Made by a program: the position numbers and the translations under genes. A stretch of DNA of 64,000 nt from Actinomycetota bacterium (GTDB lineage Bacteria; Actinomycetota; Acidimicrobiia; IMCC26256; PALSA-555): NCBI GenBank assembly GCA_003140175.1, contig PLJD01000054.1:1294-65293 (forward strand), written 5' to 3'. Of the stretch, positions 1 to 8,800 are shown one piece after another. The notes beneath the pieces were generated by a model, which ran no database searches, was not told the origin of the DNA, and worked only from the letters and a program-made list of their open reading frames with translations. Position 1 is the first letter of the stretch; each line of letters opens with the position of its first letter.

Positions 1-1570
1 CTACTCGGCGTACAAGATCGCGGTGGAGCACCGGGGGAGCCCGACCGTGATTCTGGCCAAGACGGTCAAAGGCTGGACGCTCGGCACCGGTCTCGAGGCC
101 CGCAACGCGACCCATCAGATCAAGAAGCTGGACGTCGCCGCCCTGAAGCAGTTCCGCGACCGGCTCAATCTGCCCATCGCCGACAGCGACCTCGAAGATG
201 GCGACCCGCCCTACTACCACCCCGGTACCGACTCGGCCGAGTACGAGTACCTCGCCGCGCGGCGCAAGGCCCTTCACGGGCCCCTTCCCGAGCGGGTGGT
301 GCGCAAACGGCCACTCGTGCTCCCCAAGCGGGACATGTACGCCGACCTCCTGGCCGGCACGGGCGAGAAGGTCCAGGCGTCGACGACGACCGCGTTCGCC
401 CGGCTGCTCCGGAGCCTGCTGCGTGATCCCCAGATCGGTCGTCGCGTCGTCCCGATCATCCCGGACGAGGCGCGCACGTTCGGCCTCGACGCGCTGTTTC
501 GCGAGGCCAAGATCTATGCCCCCTTCGGCCAGGCCTACGAGCCCGTCGACGCCGCGTTGCTCCTCTCCTATCAAGAGGCCCGCACCGGACGTCTCCTCGA
601 GGAGGGGATCACCGAGGCGGGCGCGATGGCGAGCTTCACCGCGGCCGGCACCGCCTACGCGACGTGGGGCGAACCCATGATCCCGTTCTTCATCTTCTAC
701 TCGATGTTCGGCTTCCAGCGGGTCGGGGACCTGATCTGGAGCTTCGGTGATCAACGGGGCCGCGGGTTCCTCCTCGGAGCCACCGCGGGACGCACGACCC
801 TCGCCGGCGAGGGCCTGCAACACTGCGATGGCCAGAGCCAGCTGTACGCGACCGCCTACCCGAACTGTCGGCCCTACGATCCCGCCTTCGCGTACGAGAT
901 GGCGGTCATCGTGCGGGACGGTATCGAGCGCATGTACGGACCCGACCCCGAGGATTGCTACTACTACCTCACCCTCTATAACGAGACCTACCCGATGCCG
1001 GCCATCCCTGACGGGGTCGAGGACGGAATCGTGCGCGGCCTGTATCGGTTCCGCGCCGCGACGGCTGACACCAAGCATCGAGCGCAGCTCCTCGCCAGCG
1101 GCACCGCCATGCTCGCGGCCTTGGAAGCCCAGCGCATGCTTGCCGACGAGTTCGACGTCGGCGTCGACGTGTGGAGCGCCACCAGCTACAAGCTGCTGCG
1201 CGACGACGCGTTGAGCGCCGAGCGCTGGAACCGTCTGCATCCCACCGACGCGCCGCGCGCGCCCTTCGTCACCGAGGCGCTCGCCGATGCTGATGGTCCG
1301 ATCGTCGCGGTCAGCGACTTCCTCAAGGCGGTCCCGGATCAAATCGCCCGATTTGTCCCCGCGCCGTTCGTGTCGCTCGGCACCGACGGCTACGGATTCT
1401 CCGACACCCGGATCGCGCTCCGTCGCCACTTCGAGATCGACGCGGCCCACGTCACCATCGCGGTGCTCGAGACCCTCGCCCGCCAAGGTGAGATCAAGGC
1501 CGAGCAGGTCGCCGAGGCGATCCGGCGCTACGACATCGACACAGAACGACCCGATCCCCGGACCGCCTGA
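1..1570 (+). CDS. aceE: Pyruvate dehydrogenase E1 component (homodimeric AceE type), C-terminal part; 5' end lies outside the window
   Basis: The frame is open from the window edge (..YSAYKIAVEHRGSPTVILAKTVKGWTLG..). The long C-terminal region has an AceE-like sequence pattern through to the stop at 1570. Confidence 0.85.
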   Translation, partial: YSAYKIAVEHRGSPTVILAKTVKGWTLGTGLEARNATHQIKKLDVAALKQFRDRLNLPIADSDLEDGDPPYYHPGTDSAEYEYLAARRKALHGPLPERVVRKRPLVLPKRDMYADLLAGTGEKVQASTTTAFARLLRSLLRDPQIGRRVVPIIPDEARTFGLDALFREAKIYAPFGQAYEPVDAALLLSYQEARTGRLLEEGITEAGAMASFTAAGTAYATWGEPMIPFFIFYSMFGFQRVGDLIWSFGDQRGRGFLLGATAGRTTLAGEGLQHCDGQSQLYATAYPNCRPYDPAFAYEMAVIVRDGIERMYGPDPEDCYYYLTLYNETYPMPAIPDGVEDGIVRGLYRFRAATADTKHRAQLLASGTAMLAALEAQRMLADEFDVGVDVWSATSYKLLRDDALSAERWNRLHPTDAPRAPFVTEALADADGPIVAVSDFLKAVPDQIARFVPAPFVSLGTDGYGFSDTRIALRRHFEIDAAHVTIAVLETLARQGEIKAEQVAEAIRRYDIDTERPDPRTA

Positions 1571-1579
1571 CTGCGAGTT

Positions 1580-1789
1580 TTAGTTGCGGCGCTCGTCGAT
1601 TCGCAGGGGGTCGTCCTCGTCCCAATCGTCGCCGTGTTCCTCTTCCTCGTCGAACAACGGCGAGTCGTCGTCGCCCTTCTCCTCGAGCTCGGCGAGGGAG
1701 CGATCAGATTCTGAGAACAGGCCGTCGTCGAACCCCTGCTTGAGTTCGCGAGCCTCGCGGAACCGGCGGGCACGTCCCTTCCTGGGCAC
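1580..1789 (-). CDS. Small acidic conserved actinobacterial protein, DUF3073-like
   Basis: 69 aa with a basic N-terminus (MPRKGRARRFREARELKQ) followed by a very acidic tail. The shape is typical of DUF3073. Recognised by pattern only. Confidence 0.45.
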   Translation of the reverse strand: MPRKGRARRFREARELKQGFDDGLFSESDRSLAELEEKGDDDSPLFDEEEEHGDDWDEDDPLRIDERRN

Positions 1790-2106
1790 CTCGTCACCTA
1801 CCTCTCGCCTGGACCTCGGCTGCTCGCAGCGCCGTCTCCCCCCAGGGGCGGCCCCGGCGCCGGGTCACGACACCTTCTATTCTCCCACGCGCCGAGGACC
1901 CCTGCGGGCCCGAGGACCCCTGAAAAATCGCCGGTTCGGCCCCCGAGCCGCCCCGAGGGGAGGCCTCCCGGGCCGCCGAGGGCAGGCGATGCCGCCGTCC
2001 CGCCGCCGCGCCGCACGGGAGCCCAGGACCTCGTCGGTCAGGCGCTCACGGGATGGGGCCTTCGAACGGGAGACCGGGATGGACTGCCCCGTGGAGGTCG
2101 GTGGCG

Positions 2107-2841
2107 ATGACGCTCGAGTGTGTGCTGTGGGACGTGGGCGACACGCTGGCGGACGAGCGGTGGCTGGTCGAGGCCGGGTTGGAGTGGGAAGCCAGCTGCG
2201 TGCGCCTGATGGACGGTCGGATGGGGGACCAGTGGAACCGCGGCGCGCGCTCCGCGTGGGATGTTGCCCAGCGGGTCGCCGACGACGCGGGCTGCTCGAC
2301 CCAACACGTGTTCGACGACATGGCGGGGCGATGTCGGAGCCTCTCGTTCTTCCCCTACGCACTCGCCGGCGCACGGTCGGTGATCGTTCCCCGGGCTCTC
2401 GTCACCGTCAACCCCGACATCGTGTCCGACGTCGTCATTTCCCACTATGGACCGGCTGAGCTCTTCGACGTCATCGTGATCTCCTGGCAGGAGCACACCA
2501 CCAACCAGGCGAATCTCTGCGACACCGCGCTGACGGCGCTCAACGTGGCCAGCCGCGACCATGCGTTCCTGATCGACAATCGAGCCGACAACGTTGCGGC
2601 GTGGATCGACCGTGGTGGGCAGGGCTACCACGGTCTTGTCACCCGTGGTGAACAGGTAGATAGCACCGGACCCAGCGATCCACACCGGCGTCGCCACACC
2701 CGTGCCGCCCCGCCTATCAGTGGTCAGCGAGATATACCTCGCATCCGCCAGCTCACTCATCCGTACTCCGCACTCCCAGGACACCCCTCGCATGTTCGCG
2801 CATGTGCGGAGCATCGGGTGGTGCGTCAGTCCCAAAACTGA
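2107..2841 (+). CDS. HAD-superfamily hydrolase-like protein (3' end uncertain)
   Basis: An internal ATG gives MTLECVLWDVGDTLAD, which resembles HAD motif I. A late FLIDNRADNVAAWIDRGGQGYH resembles HAD motif IV. The tail after about 2650 shows no recognisable similarity and overlaps an opposite-strand remnant. Confidence 0.45.
   Translation: MTLECVLWDVGDTLADERWLVEAGLEWEASCVRLMDGRMGDQWNRGARSAWDVAQRVADDAGCSTQHVFDDMAGRCRSLSFFPYALAGARSVIVPRALVTVNPDIVSDVVISHYGPAELFDVIVISWQEHTTNQANLCDTALTALNVASRDHAFLIDNRADNVAAWIDRGGQGYHGLVTRGEQVDSTGPSDPHRRRHTRAAPPISGQRDIPRIRQLTHPYSALPGHPSHVRACAEHRVVRQSQN
2640..2760 (-). pseudogene. N-terminal remnant of a PPOX-class (pyridoxamine 5'-phosphate oxidase-like, F420-type) protein
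   Basis: An ATG at 2760 gives MSELADARYISLTTDRRGGTGVATPVWIAGSGAIYLFTTGDKT, a classic PPOX-family N-terminus. Similarity is lost after about 40 aa, where the frame runs into the HAD-like gene. Confidence 0.3.
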
Positions 2842-2939
2842 TGGTGAGTATCGCGGCTGCGGTCCCACGACCGAACATTCGGGATCCACATCGCCAGGCT
2901 GTAGTGTTCGGATCGTTCGCTCGGGAGGCGTCTCGGGGT

Positions 2940-3353
2940 ATGAATTCAAACGCCAAATCCCGTGAGGAAGTTCTCGGAACTGTCCGCGACCGGCTCCGCT
3001 CGAAAGACGACGTGCTTGCTGTCCTACCGTTCGCGTCGACACCCAAGCGACCAAGCGGACCCGACGGCACGACACGCGAAGGGATCTACCCGTCGTATCG
3101 CCGCTATCGGCCGCTCGTTCTCACCGATCGGCGGCTGTTCGTGCTCGACGCCGGCCGCACTCCTCATCCGCGTCGTGGAGTGCTCGCCGAGTTCTCGCTC
3201 AAGGACGTCCAGGTCGTGGAGGTAATCCCGGGCCGGTTCAACCAGACCCGCGTCCTCCTCGACCTCGCCGGGGTCGGGACCGTGCCGTTCGACGTTGGCG
3301 GCTATGAGGTCGACGATCTCGCGAGCCTCCGCGAGGCGCTCGAACGTCCATAG
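2940..3353 (+). CDS. Hypothetical protein (possible bacterial PH-like fold)
   Basis: ATG at 2940 with GGGAGG about 12 nt upstream; 137 aa. A ..RPLVLTDRRLFVLD..EFSLKDVQVVEV.. pattern is the only weak clue to a family. Confidence 0.45.
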   Translation: MNSNAKSREEVLGTVRDRLRSKDDVLAVLPFASTPKRPSGPDGTTREGIYPSYRRYRPLVLTDRRLFVLDAGRTPHPRRGVLAEFSLKDVQVVEVIPGRFNQTRVLLDLAGVGTVPFDVGGYEVDDLASLREALERP

Positions 3354-3571
3354 CGCTACAGGCCAGGCCTCGCCCGGTGAATCCAGTCGCGAGGTATGGG
3401 CCTCCCCCAAGAATCCGCTCACTGGTAGCGGTGGTTTCTATATGCCCCGCTTCACGAGCTGACGCCGAACGCCTCTCGGCCGCCCGAGGACGGCATCCGG
3501 TACGCGGCCCAGCACCGGGGGTGGTCGTGGCATACGAGGGCGAGCCGAGTGACTACCCTCACCCCGAACCC

Positions 3572-3643
3572 GGGCGCTTAGCTCAGCGGGAGAGCGCTGC
3601 CTTCACACGGCAGAGGCCGCAGGTTCGAAACCTGCAGCGCCCA
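3572..3643 (+). tRNA. tRNA-Val (anticodon CAC)
   Basis: Cloverleaf read by eye: acceptor GGGCGCT/AGCGCCC, D arm GCTC..GAGC, anticodon arm CTGCC-TTCACAC-GGCAG, variable AGGCC, T arm GCAGG-TTCGAAA-CCTGC, discriminator A. CCA is not encoded. Confidence 0.9.
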
Positions 3644-3720
3644 CACAAAGGCGCAGGTCAACAGCCTGCGCCTTCGCCGCGCCCGAACGCCATCCCTCGC
3701 GTCCCAGAAAGATCCCAGAA

Positions 3721-4926
3721 TTGTCTGGAGGGGACGTGCGAGGAAGCATTCGGACGAAGGTGCCCGGCAAGGTCTACGAGCTCCGCGTGGCGCTCGGGAA
3801 GGACCCCACCACCGGCCGCTACCGCCAGCAGTCGATCACCGTGCGAGGGTCCCGCTCCGACGCCCAACGGTCGCTGCGGCAGCTCCTCGACGAGGTCGAG
3901 TCGGGCCAGCACCAACACCCTGACGCGGGCTCCCGGACCTTCGCCGAACTGCTCGACGAGTGGCTGGCGCTCAAGGCCGCAGCCGACCGGTCGCCCACCA
4001 CGATCGCCCGCTACCGATCCTCTATCGAACGCCAGCTCAAGCCGGCGCTCGGCGACCGGCGCCTTGACCGCCTCGACACGAAGGCCTTCGACGACCTCTA
4101 CCGGACACTCGCGGCGAGGCTGAGTCCGGCCACCATCATGAAGACCCACCTGGTTGCTCGGGCCGCGCTCGACCGCGCCGTCCGCTGGGGCTGGATCATC
4201 CGGAACCCCTCGATCAACGCCGAACCACCGACGGTTCACCGCCCCATGATCCGACCGCCCACCCCCGAGGGTTTCGGGCGGCTCCTCGAGATCGCCGAGC
4301 GCGACGACCCGACTTTCGCCGTGATGCTCCGCGTGGCGGGGTCGACGGGTGCCCGCCGCGGAGAGCTCTGCGCCCTCCGTTGGAGTGATATCGACCTCGA
4401 TGGAGGGATGATCACGATCGAGCGAGCGGTCATCGTCGTCGACGGGGGAGTGCAAGAGCGCTCGACGAAGACCCACAACCGCCGTGCGGTCGCGCTCGAC
4501 GGAGGCACCGTGGACAGGCTTCGCAGGCATCTCACCGCCGAGCGGGCCAGCGCGGCGTCGTGCGGTGTGACGCTCGGCCCCGAGGCGTTCGTCTTCTCGC
4601 GCCGGCCCGGGGGATCGCTGCCACTTCGGCCCGACAATTGCACCACGACCTTCCAGAAGGTCGTCCGCCGAGCGGGCCTCTCGGGCTTCAGCTTGAAGGA
4701 CGCCACCCGACACCTCGCGGCGACCCAACTGATCGCCGGCGGGGTGGACGTGCGAACGGTCGCGGGGCGGCTCGGGCACGCTCGAGCCAGCACGACCCTC
4801 GACATCTATTCGCACTGGCTGCCAGCCCGGGATCGCGATGCGGCCGAGTTGCTCGGTCAGGTTCTCGATGGCTCAGCCGCCGGCCCGACCGGCGGCTCCA
4901 AGAGGAGGAAGGCCCGCAAGACGTGA
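3721..4926 (+). CDS. Tyrosine recombinase / phage-type integrase
   Basis: The gene begins about 80 nt after the tRNA. It has a SAM-like N-domain (ARYRSSIERQLKPALGDRRL..) and a catalytic domain with ARRGELCALRWSDIDL, ..HLAATQLIAGGVDVRTVAGRLGHARASTTLDIYSHW (R..HxxR..Y pattern). The exact start is uncertain. Confidence 0.9.
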   Translation: MSGGDVRGSIRTKVPGKVYELRVALGKDPTTGRYRQQSITVRGSRSDAQRSLRQLLDEVESGQHQHPDAGSRTFAELLDEWLALKAAADRSPTTIARYRSSIERQLKPALGDRRLDRLDTKAFDDLYRTLAARLSPATIMKTHLVARAALDRAVRWGWIIRNPSINAEPPTVHRPMIRPPTPEGFGRLLEIAERDDPTFAVMLRVAGSTGARRGELCALRWSDIDLDGGMITIERAVIVVDGGVQERSTKTHNRRAVALDGGTVDRLRRHLTAERASAASCGVTLGPEAFVFSRRPGGSLPLRPDNCTTTFQKVVRRAGLSGFSLKDATRHLAATQLIAGGVDVRTVAGRLGHARASTTLDIYSHWLPARDRDAAELLGQVLDGSAAGPTGGSKRRKARKT

Positions 4927-5120
4927 GCTGGGACCCACCGGCGGCGTGCGTAGCGCACCTCGGCAAGTTCTCCCCGATCGATCATCGCGGTGACGGTCTT
5001 GCGGTTGACGCGCAGAATGGCCGCGACCTCGTCGATCGAGAACGCAACGACTCCGCCGTCGAAGAGGGCGGCGTCGGCGAGGCTGGGTCGGTCGTGTGCG
5101 AGGAGTCGGAGTTCGGGCAT
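4857..5120 (-). CDS. Excisionase-family / MerR-like HTH DNA-binding protein
   Basis: FSIDEVAAILRVNRKTVTAMIDRGELAEVRYARRRWVPAHVL fits the excisionase-type HTH_17 pattern. The gene is convergent with the integrase and overlaps its 3' end by about 70 nt. Confidence 0.6.
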   Translation of the reverse strand: MPELRLLAHDRPSLADAALFDGGVVAFSIDEVAAILRVNRKTVTAMIDRGELAEVRYARRRWVPAHVLRAFLLLEPPVGPAAEPSRT

Positions 5121-5326
5121 CTATAGGACGCTCCTGCTGGGTTCGGGCTGGCACCGGGCGGGCCGATAGTGCGCCTGGGGCCGCCCAGGTCACCACCCGC
5201 CCGGAGCACCTGGGACCGCCCAGCTGACCACCCGGTTCGGGTCCCAATTGGTGCGTGGCGTCCTGGGAGCAAGCACGCCCCGGTCTGGGTGGTGCGATGC
5301 CCCCCGGTCGCGCACCCACCCGAAGC

Positions 5327-5353
5327 CAGGTCACGCCCGAAGGGCGTGACCTG
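5327..5353. other. Perfect 12-bp stem / 3-nt loop hairpin in the xis-to-sigma intergenic region
   Basis: CAGGTCACGCCC-gaa-GGGCGTGACCTG read directly. There is no T-tract and no upstream gene that it obviously terminates. Confidence 0.4.
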
Positions 5354-5667
5354 CAACCGTGTATACGCCTGGTGGTTGAGATCGTCGGACTTGGAGTGTC
5401 GGCTGGCAGGGTTACGGCAGTCGAAATCTTTGATCCGTCCCTAGGTGTGTTTTTCTCCGTGACTCGGCGTCATGGTCTGCGTTTCTGCACTCGGATCGCT
5501 GCGAACCCGCCTCGGGCTGCACTCCCGGGGACTTGGGCCCCAGATGGGGTGTCCATCTGCCGCGGGCTCGCCATCGACCGATGGCATCATCGAGGGATTC
5601 TCACGCGATCCAAGCCGGGACCCATTGGTCGACGCCAGGCGATGTTGTCACGCCAGTCGGCTGTGCC

Positions 5668-6642
5668 ATGACGAGGCACGATCCTCCGCCGCTAGCGCGC
5701 CTACGACGGGGCGAGCAACTGAGGGAGTACGCGGACTTCGTGAAGCGTGCGCTGCGAGCCGCGATGCGCAAGCGGCCGCACCCCGAGGGCCGGGCCTGGA
5801 CCGTGGGGGACGTCGAAGATCTCCTTCAGGACTTCTTCGAGAAGGGGAGCCATACCCACATCTTTGCCCGCTCCGCCGACGACGGTGCGCTCAGACTCCA
5901 GACGATTGTCGCTGCGCGCAACATGGTGATCGATGAACAACGAAAGTCTGACCGGGGGAAGCTGCATCGCCGACTGATCGAGATCCTGCACGTCGACTTC
6001 GACGAAGGCCCCGCCGGTTGGTGGCGAGAGAGAGGCACGTCGGAAGGCGACACTTGGGGAGGGCGGGACGCGGACCTCGTGACCGCGGCATGGGAAAGGA
6101 ACGTGCATCTTGTCTATTGGAGCCCCGAGGCGAAGCGAGATGGCCAACTCGCCGACCGCGGCCCGCTGGTGGAGGTGCTGACTGCCGTCTGCCGGCGGGC
6201 GGCCGGGGCGGTCGACATCGGAACCCTCGTGTACGTCGTCGCACGCAGGTTCAACCTGGGCCAATTGCCGCGTATCGAGTCACTCGACGTCCCCGCTCAC
6301 CGGGCAGAGGACGCCGAGGGACCTGCCCCGACCAGGGCCGACAACTCGGCGGACGCGGCAGCGGGCGACCCGGCCCTCGTGGCGCTCGCCGAGGAGATCT
6401 GGACAACCCAGCTCGACGAACGAGAGCGGATACTGGTCCCGTATTTGGCGTCTGGGGGTCGAACCGTCGAAGGGGAACTCGATATCGGGTTGCGGAAGTC
6501 GGCGGCCCACGACGCCTTGGAGCGCTTGAAGGCGAAGATGAGGCTGTTTCTAAGCGATCTCACCATCGACGAGCAGTCGGCTGTGCTCGTTTGCTTGCTC
6601 CAGCGCGTTCCTCGGGGCACGGTCCGACAAGGCGTGTCATGA
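5668..6642 (+). CDS. Divergent sigma-70/ECF-like protein with a long insertion between a region-2-like and a region-4-like segment
   Basis: ATG at 5668. The N-terminal segment ..VEDLLQDFFEK..LRLQTIVAARNMVIDEQRK.. resembles sigma region 2. The C-terminal segment LDERERILVPYLASGG..GLRKSAAHDALERLKAKM resembles the region 4 HTH. A ZAS-type anti-sigma gene follows. Confidence 0.4.
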   Translation: MTRHDPPPLARLRRGEQLREYADFVKRALRAAMRKRPHPEGRAWTVGDVEDLLQDFFEKGSHTHIFARSADDGALRLQTIVAARNMVIDEQRKSDRGKLHRRLIEILHVDFDEGPAGWWRERGTSEGDTWGGRDADLVTAAWERNVHLVYWSPEAKRDGQLADRGPLVEVLTAVCRRAAGAVDIGTLVYVVARRFNLGQLPRIESLDVPAHRAEDAEGPAPTRADNSADAAAGDPALVALAEEIWTTQLDERERILVPYLASGGRTVEGELDIGLRKSAAHDALERLKAKMRLFLSDLTIDEQSAVLVCLLQRVPRGTVRQGVS

Positions 6643-6700
6643 CAGGCGGACAGGTTCAGCCGGTGGTCCGTTCGCACGGGAAAGAGAGGAGGCGATTGCT

Positions 6701-7726
6701 ATGACGTCGTTTGAGCACCCAGACGAGCTCGCGCTATCCGACTGGGTCGACGGTCGGCTCGAGGAAGGCGAGTCGATGCGAATTGCCGACCATCTCACGG
6801 GCTGTGGCCTGTGTCAGCGCGAGATCGATCGCGAACGACACGATCTGCCTTTGACTGATGATCGATCGTTCGAGCCTGAGATCCCCATCGAATTCGCGAA
6901 CGCATTCGCGTCCGAGCCGCCCGCCCCGGAGCGGGGACAGGTCTGGCAGTTGCTCTGGGACAGCGCGGCTGAGCTCGTTGTGCTCGAAGAGACATCGCCG
7001 GACTCTGTGCGCGCGATCCCCCTTGAGCCCGATCTTGAATTAGGGGACGAGAGCGTTGTGGTGACGCCCAAGCTCGAGGTGTTGGGCTCGGCCATGGCGC
7101 TGTGGACGAGTCTGGTACGCGACGTCCCGCGCAGGGCGCTGAACGTCTGCTTCGGCTCGGTGCCAGTCCACGTTTTGGAAAGGGTCGACGACGTGCGGTC
7201 GGGCAAGAGAGCAGGACTGGGTGCACCGATCACGGCCGTGTTCGACGAGCGAGCGCAATTGCGGGTGTCCATCTCGCAGCGCCTCGACTTGCTCGCAGCC
7301 GCTGTATGGGGGCCAGGTGTGGACAATCCACCGTCCGACACCCTCGCCGATGTCGCTCGAAGCCGCGACCTTACGCCGTCGAGGATCGCTACGGTGCTCA
7401 AGATTCAACCTGGAGACGCGCGCGCCATCCTGAGCGGTTCCCGATCTATGGACGACGATGAGCGCGATGCCTTCGCGATCCTCGTCGGGATGTCGCCGAG
7501 CGATATCGACCTCTATCGCCCGAAGGTCGATCCGGAACTCGCTCTCGCGCTCGACAGGCCGAAATACCGTTCCCGACTGCGTGAGCGTGCAGAAGCCGAT
7601 GGGCGTTCCGAGGCGAACTACCGCTATTGGGTCGCTACTCACGGACTGGCGCGCGCGGCGCGCTCGGCGCGGACCACTAGCATCGACTGGGATCAGCTCA
7701 TCGAGGACTTCCTCAATGCCCGGTAG
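6701..7726 (+). CDS. Anti-sigma-like protein: N-terminal zf-HC2 (HxxxCxxC, ZAS) motif fused to a C-terminal Xre-like HTH
   Basis: H31-L-T-G-C35-G-L-C38 (nt 6791-6814) sits within LSDWVDGRLEEGESMRIADHLTGCGLCQRE. The C-terminal LADVARSRDLTPSRIATVLKIQPGDARAILSGSRSMDDDERDAFAILVGMSPSDI fits an Xre-type HTH. The 3' end overlaps the next gene by 11 nt. Confidence 0.55.
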   Translation: MTSFEHPDELALSDWVDGRLEEGESMRIADHLTGCGLCQREIDRERHDLPLTDDRSFEPEIPIEFANAFASEPPAPERGQVWQLLWDSAAELVVLEETSPDSVRAIPLEPDLELGDESVVVTPKLEVLGSAMALWTSLVRDVPRRALNVCFGSVPVHVLERVDDVRSGKRAGLGAPITAVFDERAQLRVSISQRLDLLAAAVWGPGVDNPPSDTLADVARSRDLTPSRIATVLKIQPGDARAILSGSRSMDDDERDAFAILVGMSPSDIDLYRPKVDPELALALDRPKYRSRLRERAEADGRSEANYRYWVATHGLARAARSARTTSIDWDQLIEDFLNAR

Positions 7727-8723
7727 CTACGACCAGGCGCGCCAACACGCTGAGCGCTTGGTCGCATCCATCTGCGATGACGAGCTCGAACTCTTGCGTG
7801 ACGAGCCGATCGAGGCGATCTCGGTGCTGTTTGAGGTGCCCGTCGACGTTCGCTCATCCGTCGGCAGCGGCTCCGACTGTTCAGTGGCTGGTTCGTATCG
7901 AGCAGAGCCGACGCCGCACATCACTATCGCCTCATTCCCCAGCGCGGGCCGCACCCTCTTCACCACGCTTCATGAGCTCGGCCATCACCTCTGTCGCCTC
8001 GACGGGGATATTCAGGACTGGTGCTTCGCGTGCGGCGATCCTCGCGCCGAAGAGCACGTCGCTGATGCGTTCGCTGCCGAGGCGCTGCTACCCGCCGAGC
8101 TCGTCAACGCGCGCATAGGTCCACGCGGCCCAACCGCTGCGGCCGTCGGCGACCTGTTCGGGGAGTCGAACGCGAGTCGTGAAGCGTGCTGCGTCCGTGC
8201 TGCACAGCGGCTGCTTGGCGCCGGCGCCGTGCTCGTCGCCCGCGGCCAGATCATCCAGTTCGCAGCGCAGCGCGCACTGCCCTTCTTTATCGCACGAGAG
8301 CTCGACCAGGGCCCTGACGGTCTCTTCGGTGAGCTGGCCCATGGTGGGACTGCGCGGACGGACGATCTGCGCATCCGCTTCCGCTCCGGGAACCTGAGTT
8401 CACCGCTGTTCGCCGATGCCACGGTGGTCGGGAACTACACCTTCGCCGTGCTGGTCGAGCACACCCTCCCGTGGGGTGGGCTCTCGATCCGGGCCGCCGA
8501 CGATGGCCCCATCGGCGGGGAGGTCGACTGCCAGTACTGCGACTTCGTCTTCAGCGACGTGTTCGCGCCGCCGTGCCGTCGGTGTGGGGATCGACCGTGC
8601 CCGAAATGTCGGCGCTGCGGCTGTGAGCCAAAGAGAGCGCCAGTCCGTCGCTGCACGTCCTGCTTCCTGGAGCTGCCGCGAGCGACTCCCGCCGACGTCC
8701 AGCTCTGCGAAACCTGCCGATAA
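7716..8723 (+). CDS. ImmA/IrrE-family (Peptidase_M78-like) metalloprotease with a C-terminal multi-zinc-ribbon tail
   Basis: ATG at 7716, in frame with track ORF 7458..8723. HELGH (HExxH) lies at nt 7971-7985. The tail carries six CxxC pairs: CQYC, CRRC, CPKC, CRRC, CTSC, CETC (about 8530-8720). Confidence 0.7.
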   Translation: MPGSYDQARQHAERLVASICDDELELLRDEPIEAISVLFEVPVDVRSSVGSGSDCSVAGSYRAEPTPHITIASFPSAGRTLFTTLHELGHHLCRLDGDIQDWCFACGDPRAEEHVADAFAAEALLPAELVNARIGPRGPTAAAVGDLFGESNASREACCVRAAQRLLGAGAVLVARGQIIQFAAQRALPFFIARELDQGPDGLFGELAHGGTARTDDLRIRFRSGNLSSPLFADATVVGNYTFAVLVEHTLPWGGLSIRAADDGPIGGEVDCQYCDFVFSDVFAPPCRRCGDRPCPKCRRCGCEPKRAPVRRCTSCFLELPRATPADVQLCETCR

Positions 8724-8800
8724 TCGACCGGACAGGATGGCGTGGTCTGCCGTTCAGGTGGGGTGTGAACGGATCCAGCCCCCCAGAAGGAGCCACCCCC

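Noticed and set aside
1790-2050. ORFs in the GC-rich gap upstream of the DUF3073-like gene (for example 1584-2459 and 1877-2374)
   Set aside because: They are Arg/Pro/Ser-rich, mutually overlapping frames with no motifs and no start context. The region is most likely intergenic.
3377-4123. 248-aa ORF running through the tRNA-Val gene and into the integrase
   Set aside because: It contains the tRNA sequence and overlaps the integrase in another frame, with Pro/Arg/Ser-rich composition.
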